From NCBI GenBank assembly GCA_028826165.1, contig JAPDFW010000125.1, positions 434,001 through 498,000 of the forward strand: a stretch of 64,000 nucleotides of DNA. The letters run 5' to 3'. Made by a program: the position numbers and the translations under genes. This document shows, one piece after another, positions 1-11,524 of the stretch (the first letter of the stretch is position 1; each line of letters opens with the position of its first letter). The DNA is from Anaeramoeba ignava BMAN. Its lineage: Eukaryota > Protista > Anaeramoebae. The notes beneath the pieces are model-generated. The model did no database searches. It was not told where the DNA came from and saw only the letters and a list, made by a program, of their open reading frames with translations.

Positions 1-808
1 TGAAAATAATAATAATGAAAATAATGAAAATAATAATAATGAAAATAATAATGAAAATAATGAAAATAATAATAATAATAATTTTGCAGAAAAATATTGG
101 CAAATTCATGAATTGGATTTTGATTGTGATATTTCAAGTCAAACTGAAAATGAATCGGGAAATGAGAAACAAAATAAAAATTCTAAACTAAAATATCTTC
201 GAATGAATATCCAAGATAAATTCCCAGCGCCATTAACACAAATCATTTCCGATAACTCTAAAATCAACTATCAACAGTGGTTGGATAATTTGATTCAATT
301 TCTTTATTATGATTTGAAGTATTTTAATAATTTTTTATTAGAAGAAGAAAAAGCCAAACAAAAACCAGATTTTTTAAAAGAAAAATATTCATATCAAGAA
401 CTTGAATTAATAGGAGATTTAGCATATAGATTAAAGAATTTTCGGGCTTCAAAAAATTGCTATTTGCTAAATATTCAAATAACTGGAAATAAAGTTAAAA
501 AAAAGAATCTTCAAGTATTTACTAAGTTGATGAAATTAAATCTTAAACGTGGATTAATGGCTGATGTGATTATAATTGCAAATCGCATTTTATTTTTTTT
601 AAGTAGCAAAATACTTTCATTTGAAGAAGAATTTCAAGCTAAAAATGCTATTAGATTTTGTGTTTTTAAATTGATTTTTCAATATGGTTTTTCTCCTATA
701 GATTTTTTTATTCAACAAAGATTTAACAAAGATCAACCAATTCATCCAAATTTTAATTTATTACTCCAAGAAGCAAAGAAAAAGAATATTGATGGTTCAA
801 ATCGTTAA
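1..808 (+). CDS. 3' part of a protein of unknown function (Asn/Glu-rich repeat, then a globular C-terminus); starts before the window
   Basis: Open frame from the window edge (GAAAATAAT repeats) through ORF 113-808; no recognisable motif. Confidence 0.55.
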   Translation, partial: ENNNNENNENNNNENNNENNENNNNNNFAEKYWQIHELDFDCDISSQTENESGNEKQNKNSKLKYLRMNIQDKFPAPLTQIISDNSKINYQQWLDNLIQFLYYDLKYFNNFLLEEEKAKQKPDFLKEKYSYQELELIGDLAYRLKNFRASKNCYLLNIQITGNKVKKKNLQVFTKLMKLNLKRGLMADVIIIANRILFFLSSKILSFEEEFQAKNAIRFCVFKLIFQYGFSPIDFFIQQRFNKDQPIHPNFNLLLQEAKKKNIDGSNR

Positions 809-884
809 AGTTCTTTTCTCTTTTTTCTCTTTTTTCTTTCAAAAATTTAAAATTCATTTTTTTTCTTCTTCTTTTTTTTTTTAA

Positions 885-1706
885 ATGAAATATTTTCAAT
901 TTCTTTTCTTTTTTATATTTCTTTTTTTAATAATAAAATCTAATGAATTCCAAAATGAAATACATAAACATCCACCTGTAGTTTTTGTAGATGATTCCGA
1001 TTTAGAATTTGAAACAAATTCAAATTCAAATTCAAATTCAAATTCAAATTCAAATTCAAATTCAAAAAAATGTGAATTTGAAACTTTAATTCAAAAATTC
1101 AAAGAAAAAGAAAAAGAAAAAGAAAAAGGAAAAGATTCGAATTATTTTTTAACATTTTTACTTCATCTTTTTTTGATTATTTTAACTTTTTCTTTTTTCT
1201 TCCGTTTTTTCCGTTGTAAAAATCAAATTTCAAATTTCAAATTTAATTTCAAATTTCAAGGAAAACTTTTACTAAATTATTTAATTTTTCTTTAATTTTT
1301 TTTAGTGAAAATTCCTTTTGCTTCTTTTTTATTTTTTGTTTCTATTACTATTTTATTGATAACAATTATTTTTCTTTATCAACAAGAAATTTTAGTTCAA
1401 AGGCTTTGTAAAAAAGATTTTGAAAATTATTATAATAAATTTTGTGTTGTAAAAGAAAAACAAAAAGAGGATGAAAAGATTTGCCAAAAAATATCTTATT
1501 CTATTTATTCAAATTTCCCTTATTTAACGACTGTTTTGGAAACAATTAGAAATGATTTTTATTTTAGTTTTCAAAAAGCATTTCCTGATGGTTCAATTAA
1601 TTCTTTTAAAGGATTAGAATTTTTATTGAAAGAATTAAATTTATCCTCAATTATTTTCTTATTTAGTTCAATTTTTTCTCTTTTTTTTATTTTTATTTTC
1701 ATTTAA
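885..1706 (+). CDS. Membrane protein of unknown function with signal peptide and 2-3 TM segments; 2 exons (885-1215, 1306-1706)
   Basis: Phase-1 GT-AG intron 1216-1305 joins ORF 885 and ORF 1305 in frame (FFR-L-KIPF); hydrophobic N-terminus and TM stretches. Confidence 0.55.
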
Positions 1707-1734
1707 TTTTCATTTAATTTTGAATTAAAATAAA

Positions 1735-3420
1735 TATTAAATATTGATTTAAATATTGATTTAATTTAATTTAATTTGAATATTGATTTGAATATTGATT
1801 TGATTTAATTTGAATATTGATTTGAATATTGATTTAATTTGAATATTGATTTGATTTAATTTGATTTGATTTAATTTGATTTGATTTAATTTGAATATTG
1901 ATTTGAATATTGATTTGAATATTGATTTGATTTGATTTAATTTGAATATTGATTTGAATATTGATTTGATTTAATTTGAATATTGATTTAATTTGATTTG
2001 AATATTGATTTGATTTGAATATTGATTTGAATATTGATTTAATTTAATTTGAATATTGATTTGAATTGATTATTGATTTGATTTAATTTGAATATTGATT
2101 TAATTTGATTTGAATATTGATTTAATTTGATTTGAATATTGATTTAATTTGAATATTAATTTGATTTGAATATTGATTTAATTTAATTTGAATATTGATT
2201 TGAATATTGATTTGATTTGAATATTGATTTAAATATTGATTTAATTTAATTTGAATATTGATTTGATTTGAATATTAATTTAATTTGATTTGATTTGATT
2301 TGATTTGAATATTGATTTGATTTGATTTGATTTAATTTGATTTAATTTGATTTAATTTGATTTAATTTGATTTGATTTGATTTAATTTGAATATTGATTT
2401 GATTTGATTTGAATATTAATTTGAATATTGATTTGAATATTGATTTAATTTGATTTAAATATTGATTTGATTTGATTTAATTTGATTTGATTTGATTTAA
2501 TTTGAATATTGATTTGATTTAATTTAATTTGATTTAATTTGATTTGAATATTGATTTGATTTAATTTGAATATTGATTTAATTTGAATATTGATTTAATT
2601 TAATTTGAATATTGATTTAATTTAATTTGAATATTGATTTGATTTAATTTGAATATTGATTTAATTTGAATATTGATTTAATTTGAATATTGATTTGATT
2701 TAATTTGATTTGATTTGATTTGAATATTGATTTAATTTGATTTGAATATTGATTTGATTTGAATATTAATTTAATTTGATTTGATTTGATTTGATTTGAA
2801 TATTGATTTAATTTAATTTGATTTGATTTAATTTAATTTGATTTGATTTAATTTGAATATTGATTTGAATATTGATTTAATTTAATTTGAATATTGATTT
2901 AATTTAATTTGAATATTGATTTGATTTGAATATTGATTTAATTTGATTTGAATATTGATTTAATTTAATTTGATTTGATTATTGATTTGATTTGATTTGA
3001 TTTAATTTGAATATTGATTTGATTTGATTTGATTTAATTTGATTTGAATATTGATTTAATTTGATTTGAATATTGATTTGATTTGATTTGAATATTGATT
3101 TGAATATTGATTTGATTTGAATATTGATTTAATTTAATTTAATTGATTTAATTTGAATATTGATTTAATTTAATTTGAATTTATTTAATTTGAATATTAA
3201 TTTGATTTGATTTGATTTGAATATTGATTTGAATATTGATTTAATTTAATTTAAATATTGATTTGATTTAATTTGAATATTGATTTGAATATTGATTTGA
3301 ATATTGATTTGAATATTGATTTGATTTGATTTAATTTAATTTAATTTAAATATTGATTTAATTTGATTTGATTTAATTTAAATATTGATTTGAATATTGA
3401 TTTGATTTTTGATTTGATTT
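1735..3420. repeat. 1.7 kb intergenic complex microsatellite built from TTGAT, TTAAT and TTGAATA units
   Basis: Read directly; the three units alternate irregularly, with no C over most of the tract. Confidence 0.95.
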
Positions 3421-3643
3421 GAGTTGATTTGATTTTTGGAATTTGAAAATAAATTTAAATTTTGTTTAAAGTGGCTTTTTGTACTTGATTTAATTTAATT
3501 TAAATAGAATTAAAAAAAAAATAATAAAATTCAAAAAGAAAATTCAAGATGACTCATAAATAAATAAATTATTTATTTTTTTTTTAAATTTTTAATATTT
3601 TAAATTTTTCATTTTTTTTTCTTTTAAAATAACAATAATAAAA

Positions 3644-5433
3644 ATGAAAATTATAATTATAAGTTTGCTATTAATTTTACTGATCCAAATCAAAACCGAA
3701 ACGACAGGAAAACCACAAAGAAAAGCTGATATAGAAGTAGAAAAAAAAGCAAAAGAAAACACATTTGCATTATTGTCAAAAACAACAGTTGAAAAACTAT
3801 CACATTTTGAGCTAAGTAACTTAATATCCGAATCAATGGGACTTGCGCCAATAACTGAAGGAAAAAGAAACAACGGGCAAAACCAGGAAAAAAACGCACA
3901 AACAAACTCAAATTTATTAATTATTTTTCCAAAAATTTTTCCTAATGAACTCAATTGTATTTCAAATATTGATAATACTCAAATTGCAACTCTCACAAAC
4001 CCAACAGATGCGTTAATAAAAGATTCAGTCTCTTTTGCTGCAACAATTCTTACTGGGCAAAGTCCTGAAGATCATGGTGTGAGTTCAGTAAATTGGATGA
4101 AGTCAAGCGAATCACTTTTTAAAGCTACACTGATTGATCTTTTATATCAAGCTTATCCCAACAAATCCACAACGCTTTCACTTAGTTCTTCGCAAGAATT
4201 TGTTGATGTTTCATCACACAAGTTCAAGTATCCAAGCACTCGAATGATTCAGGGATTTTATGATTACAAAACAAAAACTTTAAATGGTTTCCATTTTTCC
4301 AATAAGAAAAACAAATTAATTCCAATTTCGGATCAAATTGATTCATTTTCTTCAGGGATTTTTTCCGATTTTATTGATAATGGCGGACAGATTCTTTTTT
4401 CAAACAAAAAGAATAGTCAAGATCTTGTTTTTTTTAAAAAGGATTTTATTGATGTTACTTTTTCTCTTGATGATCCTGTTGATTCTAGTTTTATTGCTGA
4501 TATTTCTTTGTTAAATTTATTTTTATCAAATCCAAATTTACTAAATCTTGATTCCTCAGCTCCTGATTTTTGGTTTAGTGTATTTTCATCTCTTGAATTT
4601 ATTGGGCGTGATACTGAAACTTATAGAAAAGTTATTCAAATAATTGATCTTATTCTTCCTTCTGTATATTTTTAAACAAAATTTAAATTGAAATTAAAAT
4701 TAAAATTAAAATTAAAATTAAAATTAAAATTAAAATTAAAATTAAAATTAAAATTAAAATTAAAATTAAAATTAAAATTCATATTATATTTAAAATTAAA
4801 ATTAAAATTATATTTAAAATTAAAATTAAAATTAAAATTAAAATTAAAATTAAATATAAAATTAAAATTAAAATTAAAATTATATTTAAAATTATATTTA
4901 AAATTAAAATTAAAAATTCTTAGATCATCCAAAAATTCCAACAAATCTATCCCAATAGAGCTTCATTCCAAATCATATTTACTGGTTCACAATTTCCAAC
5001 ATTAACAGAAAGAATAGAAATATCAACACATATTTACACAAAATTCAAAAATTATATTGTTACAGATCTTTCAACAACACAAAAATTATTTCCTGAATTT
5101 TATTTGAAACATATTGACATGACAAAAGAAAAACATTATGAAATTTGCGAACAAATTCAAAACACACTTGATTCACTTGATTCATCTTTTGTTGTTCATT
5201 GCTATCCAAATTCAGTTTTTGAAAAAGAACTTAATCCTCTTATCAAAAAATTTTATCAGAAAAGTTTACCTTTAACTTTAACAACAACTCCTACTGATTT
5301 TCAACTGAATTTTTGGATCATTATTGGATTGATTATTTGTGTTTTTATTGTCAGTTGGATTCTTGGTGCAATGAAATATACTGATGATAAAATTTTGTTC
5401 TCCAAATCTCGAATTAAAACAAAAAATGATTAA
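3644..5433 (+). CDS. (Pro)renin receptor / V-ATPase accessory protein ATP6AP2-like type I membrane protein; 2 exons (3644-4663, 4924-5433)
   Basis: Signal peptide; phase-0 intron 4664-4923 filled with (AAAATT)n. Exon 2 is in frame with ORF 5104. C-terminal FQLNFWII..TM..MKYTDDKILFSK resembles the ATP6AP2 TM and tail (FN..LW..MD...DSIIY). Confidence 0.6.
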
Positions 5434-5814
5434 CTTTCTCATGATAATAACCTTTTTTTTCTTTTTTTCTTTTTTTCTTGATCTTTCTTTTTGATCTTTC
5501 TTTCTTTTTTTTTTTTGATAAATTCAAGATAGTTTCAGAATTTCGTTTCATATAAACCCCCCAAAAAAATTCATCTAAAAAAGTTAATTTTTAAATTTTA
5601 ATTTTTCAATTTCAAATAAACAAAAAGAAATTTTGATTAAAATTAAACTTAAAACGAAAATTAAAAAAAAATTTAAATCAAAATTTTTTTTTTGTTTTTC
5701 ATTTTAACAAAATCATTTTTTTCTCTTTTAATTTTAAATTGGATTTTCATTTTGTTGATTTTTTTTTTATTTTTGTGTTTTTGTGTTTTTGATTTTTTTG
5801 ATTTTCCAAAATAA

Positions 5815-8800
5815 ATGACAAATTTAGAAGAAGAAAAATCAGTAAATTTTTGTTTTCTTATTTAAAAAAAAAAAGAATCCAATTTAATATTTGAAATCTA
5901 AATTAAAAAATAAAAAAAAAACGTTGGAAAATTAATTTAAAAAAAAAAATTAAATAAAAAACTTTCTCTTTTTTAATTATAACAGTTTTCTGCTATTGAA
6001 ATTAAAAAAGATTTATATTTTGTTGGAGCATTAGATCCAAAACTTAAATTTTTTGATGTTGTTATTCCTTGTCCTTTTGGAACAACTTATAATGCATTTC
6101 TTTTAAAAGGATCACAAAAAATTGCACTTATTGAAACTGTTAAAAATAAAACTGAATTTTTTAAACAACTTAAAAACCGAATTGATTCAGTACTCTTAAA
6201 TGGAGAAAAAATTGATTATATTATTCATAATCACACTGAACCTGATCATTCAGGTAGTTTTTATCAATTTCTTCAAGAAAAATGTCCAAATGCTTCCGTT
6301 ATTGCAACAAAACCAGGAATTGAAAACTTAAAAAATTTAGTTCCTGATCATGCTGAAAAAATCAAATTTCTTGAAGCAGATGAAAGGCTTATTATTCGTC
6401 TTGGTGGTTATACTTTATCATTTATTAAAAGTCCTTTATGTAAAGATTTTTCAATAATCAAAATTAAAATTTAAATCAAAATCAAAATCATTTATAAAAT
6501 TAAAATCATTTATAAAATTAAAATCAAAATCAAAATCAAAATCAAAATTAAAATTAAATTTAAATTTAAATATAAATCAAAATCTAAATCAAAATCAAAA
6601 TCAAAATCGAAATAAAAATTTAAATCAAAATCAAAATTTAAATTTAAATCAAAATATAAATCAAAATCTAAATCAAAATAAAAGTCAAAATTAAAATAAA
6701 AATTTAAATCAAAATTTAAATTTAAATCAAAATCTAAATCAAAATTTAAATCAAAATCAAAATCAAAATCAAAATCAAAATCAAAATAAAAGTCAAAATT
6801 AAAATTTAAATCAAAATTAAAATATAAATCAAAATCTAAATCAAAATTAAAATCAAAATATAAATCAAAATCAAAATCAAAATCAAAATTAAAATCAAAA
6901 TTAAAATTTAAATCAAAATTAAAATATAAATCAAAATCAAAATCAAAATCAAAATCAAAATCTAAATCAAAATCAAAATATAAATCAAAATTTAAATCAA
7001 AATCAAAATCAAAATAAAAATTAAATAAAATCAAAATCAAAATCAAAATTAAAATCAAAATCAAAATCAAAATTAAAATCAAAATATAAATTTTATTCAC
7101 AGTACATTGGCCAGATACAATGTTTACTTATTGCAAAGAAATGGAAACAATTTTTACTTGCGATTTTTTTGGAGCTCATTATTGTTCTTCTAAAATTTTC
7201 AATGATCTTCTTGACAAAGAAGAAAAAGAAGAATTTAATAAAGAAGTAAAACATTATTTTGATTCAATTATGAGTCCATTTAAAAAAGCAGTAAAAGAAG
7301 GATTAAAAAACATATCATCAATTAATTTCAATACAATTTGTTGTGCACATGGACCAAGTAATTTTGATTATAAATAATCTTTTTATTTTTTGATTATTTA
7401 TTATTTTTAATTATTTTTTGATTATTTTTTGATTATTTATTTATTTTTTGATTATTTATTTATTTAATCAAAAATAGTAATCAGACAAGAAATTGAAAAT
7501 TATAAACGAAATTATTCGGAATGGAGTCAAGAAAAACCAAAAAAAGATAAAATTGTGATTGCTTACATTTCTTCATATGGATTTACAGAAAAAATGGGAG
7601 AAATAATAGAAAATGGGATCAAATCAATAAAAAATGGGAAAATTGAAGTGAAGAGGATGAATGCAGCAGAAAAAAGTGTTGAGGAGATCATGACAGAAAT
7701 TAGTGACAGTAAAGGATTACTACTTGGATCACCAACAGTAATGGGAGATGCATCACCTTTAATAATGAGAATAGCAAACGAACTGAATCCACTAATTTAT
7801 AACGGCGATCCAAAAAACAGAATGTTTGCAGGCTGCTTTGGTTCATACGGATGGAGCGGAGAAGCAACAGAGAATCTCTCGCAAAGACTTCTCCAAGTGC
7901 GAATGAGGATCCCACTTCCGCCGTTAAAAATCCATTTCAAAATGTCAAGTGAAGAAGAGCAAAACTGTTTTGAATGGGGAGCGTTATTTGCGGATTGTGT
8001 TTTGGAAAAGGAAAAGGCAGACACAGAATTCGCGTACAAATTTGGAAAGAAGCAAACATCAATAAGAAAGCTGTTAAATAGCGCTGAAATGGGGAGCGAT
8101 ATTTCAGTTATGAAGAGATATCGAGCGCCAAAACAAGATGGCAAAATAAAAAAGTGGAAATGTGTGATCTGCGGAGAAATCATTTACGACGTTGCTCCGC
8201 CTGCGTTCTGCCCAGCTTGCGGAGCTCCACAAGAGGTGTTTGTGCTTGTTGAGGAAATTGAGAACTATCAAAATTCAACGGACGAAAACAACGAAAATAA
8301 CAACAATGAAAATAATCAAGCAAATAAAATCAAGTTTGAAAACAGTTTGGAAAATATGCACCAAGAATACCAGAAAATCCAATCGCAAAAGGAATACGAG
8401 GGGCATATTGTTGTTATCGGAGCAAGCGCTGCTGGAGTTTCTGCGGTGAAGTCAATTAGGGAAGTTAACCGCCGAGCAAAAATTACTTTGATAAGCGCTG
8501 AGAATCATATTCCCTATTATAGACCCTCTCTTACAAAAACAATCCTTTCGGGACAGAAACCCCAAGACGATTCGTTCTATCTCACCTCGCACGAATGGCT
8601 ACTCGAAAATAACATTCAGTTCTTCCAAAACTTCGTTGTTACTAACATCAATTTGAAGAAAAAAGTTCTTGTTTTCGAACATAATAAACAAAACATCAAT
8701 TCGGACAAGAAAAAAAAGAATAAGAAACAGCAGATATCCTTTGACAGGATTATTCTTGCTGTTGGAAGCAACCAAAAACTACCGCAAGAAAAACGATCAT

Positions 8801-10658
8801 TTCTTCAAAAGCTCAAAAAACGTTCGGAATCGGAAAAAATCCTCAATGAAGCAAGATCGCAAAAAGTGAATGTTTTTGGATTTCGAACAATTGACGACTC
8901 ACTTCGCATCAAAGAATACATTGAAAAAAACGCAGTGGAAACGGTGATTATTTTTGGAAGTGGACCGTTAGGCATGGAGATATTTGATGGATTGCAAAAG
9001 TTAAACGTCAAGAAAATTAGTTTTGTGGAGTCAAGAAAGAGAATTCTGGCCTCAAGAGTCGACGACGAGGGAAGCGCTCTTCTCCAGAAAATTCTGAAGA
9101 GCAACGGCGCGCGTCTTTATCTTGGATATGAAATGCATCATATTTTGGATAACTCAAATAACAAAAAGGATCTCAAAGTGGGGAAAAAAGCAGATAATGT
9201 TGCTCACGGAATAGCTTTGGAAAAAGTGGATACCACGCATGAAGAAATCCTCAAGATTTACGGTGATTTGGTTATATTTGCAACAGGGGTCTATGCGGAG
9301 ACAACCCTAGCGAAAAAAATTGGACTGAAAATCCAACGCGGAATTATTGTTGATTCTTTAATGAATACTTCTGAAAAAGATGTTTTTGCTTGTGGTGATT
9401 GTGTTGAATACAAAGGATTCAATGAGAAATCATGGAGAAATGCCATCATAACTGGTAAAGTTGCGGGACTTGCCTCAGTCAATATTGAGTCCAGTTTCCA
9501 TTTGAATGTTTCTCCTTATTCCGTTACTGTTTGTGGTTTGATTGTTTATTGTATGGGTGATACTAACACTGATAATCAAGAAGTTATTTCTTCTCTTTCA
9601 AAAACAGAAGCTCATTATGTCAAGTTATTTTTTAAGGAAATTGAAGGAAGAACAGTTTTGTGCGGCGGGATAATTATAACTTTTGATTCTTCGATTGTTG
9701 TTACTTTTGGAAATTATCTTGAAGCACAAATGCAACTTCAACCTGCTGTAAAACGACTTATGTAAGGATTTTTTTTAAAAGAATCAAATTTAAAATTAAA
9801 ATCAAATTTAAAATTAAAATCAAAATTAAAATCAAAACAAAATTAAAATCAAAATTAAAATTAAAATTAAAATTAAAATCAAAATCAAAATCAGAATCAA
9901 ATTTAAAATCAAAATTAAAATCAAAATCAAAATCAAAATCAAAATCAAAATTAAATCAAAATAAAATCAAAATTAAATTTATATCAAAATTAAAATAAAA
10001 ATCAAAATTAAAATTAAATCAAAATCAAAATTAAATCAAAATCAAAATTAAAATTAAAATTAAAATTAAAATTAAATTCAAAATTAAAATAAAAATCAAA
10101 ATCAAAATCAAAATCAAAATTAAAATCAAAATTTAAATAAATAAAAACTAAAAAAGATCATACACAAGAGATAAACAAAAGAAAAAAAGAAAATCTAAAA
10201 CTTCTGTTTTAGCTAAATTTCAATTAGCCCAAGACTTAATTCCAGACTTAAACGCCTTATTTCATTTACAAGGAGGTTATGAAAAATTTCGAGAATTTTT
10301 AAAAGAACAATTATGTGAAGAAAATCTTGATTTTTGGACTGAAGCTGAAAATTATTCTAGAATTCCAAATGGTCATGAATCACAAATTGAAGTGGCAAAT
10401 CAAATATATAATCAATATGTCCGTTATGGAGCTGAAAAAGAAATAAATATTGATCATTTTTGTCGAGTTGAAGTTACTGAAAAAATTCGATATTCAGAAA
10501 TTTCTCAAGATCTTTTTAAAACTTCTCAACAACAAATAATGGATCTTCTTCAATCCGATCATTTTAAGAGATTTGTTAAATCACCAGCTGCAAAATTTTT
10601 AGTTTCAAGTATGAGAAATTTAAGAGAGCAACTTGAGGATGAATTAAAAGAAAATTAA
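5815..10658 (+). CDS. fprA: Multidomain flavodiiron protein (diiron MBL, flavodoxin, short rubredoxin, NADH:rubredoxin oxidoreductase) fused to a C-terminal RGS domain; exons 5815-5841, 5986-6439, 7103-7357, 7478-9761, 10157-10658
   Basis: Diiron ligands HTEPDH, LHWPD, CDFFG and AHGP are rebuilt across GT-AG introns. Flavodoxin: SSYGFT, GSPT, FGSYGWSGEA. Rubredoxin: CVIC-x12-CPAC. FAD/NADH motifs: GASAAG, GSGPLGME, TS..DVFACGD. Last exon reads FREFLKEQLCEENLDFW...EINID...SDHFKRF (RGS). All four introns keep phase. Confidence 0.88.
6440..7102 (+). repeat. Intron 2 of the FDP-RGS gene, filled with AAAATC/AAAATT/AAATTT hexamers
   Basis: GTAAAG...TTCACAG boundaries; hexamer variants throughout. 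Confidence 0.9.
9762..10156 (+). other. Intron 4 of the FDP-RGS gene (phase 2), linking the oxidoreductase and RGS exons
   Basis: Donor AT|GTAAGG; hexamer-repeat body like intron 2; ACTAA branch-like motif just before the AAG acceptor; splicing gives KRL-I-SYTRD in frame. Confidence 0.8.
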
Positions 10659-10669
10659 AATTCCAAACA

Positions 10670-11272
10670 AAATTAAGATTAAATTCAAACAGAAATTTAA
10701 ATTAAATTAAGATTAAATTCAAACAGAAATTTAAATTAAACTAAGATTAAATTTAAACAGAAATTTAAATTTAATTAAATTTAAACAGAAATTTAAATTT
10801 AATTAAATTTAAACAGAAATTTAAATTAAATTTAAATTAAATTAAGATTAAATTAAGATTAAATTAAGATTAAAATAAGATTAAATTAAGATTAAATTAA
10901 GATTAAATTCAGATTAAATTAAGATTAAATTAAATTAAGATTAAATTAAGATTAAATTAAGATTAAATTAAGATTAAATTAAGATTAAATTAAGATTAAA
11001 TTAAGATTAAAATAAGATTAAATTAAGATTAAATTAAGATTAAATTAAGATTAAATTAAGATTAAACTAAGATTAAATTAAGATTAAATTAAGATTAAAT
11101 TAAGATTAAATTAAGATTAAATTTAAACAGAAATTTAAACAGAAATTTAAACAGAAATTTAAACAAAAATTTAAATTTAAATTAAGATTAAATTAAGATT
11201 AAATTAAGATTAAATTAAGATTAAATTAAGATTAAATTAAGATTAAATTAAGATTAAATTAAGATTAAATCT
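10670..11272. repeat. Intergenic tandem array of the 11-mer AAATTAAGATT with interspersed AAATTTAAACAG units
   Basis: Read directly. Confidence 0.92.
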
Positions 11273-11524
11273 AAAAGGAATTTTGATATTTTTTTTTTCT
11301 CCTTTTATTTTTTTTCTCCTTTTAAAATTAAATAAAAAACTCAAAAAAATAAGCTTTAATAAAAAAAATTTTTTTCTTTTTGTTTTTTCGATCATTTTTT
11401 TTTCATTTTTCTTTTTTCATTTTTTTTTTCATTCTTTTATTTTTTCTTTTATCTTTTAAAAAACAACAAAAATCTTAAAACAAATTTTAATAAAAGGTTT
11501 TTATAAAAAACAAAAAACAAACAA

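Noticed and set aside
10392-10658. RGS ORF as a stand-alone gene
   Set aside because: The listed start is GTG in mid-domain; the frame extends to 10157 without an ATG and begins at an AG acceptor in phase with the FDP donor.
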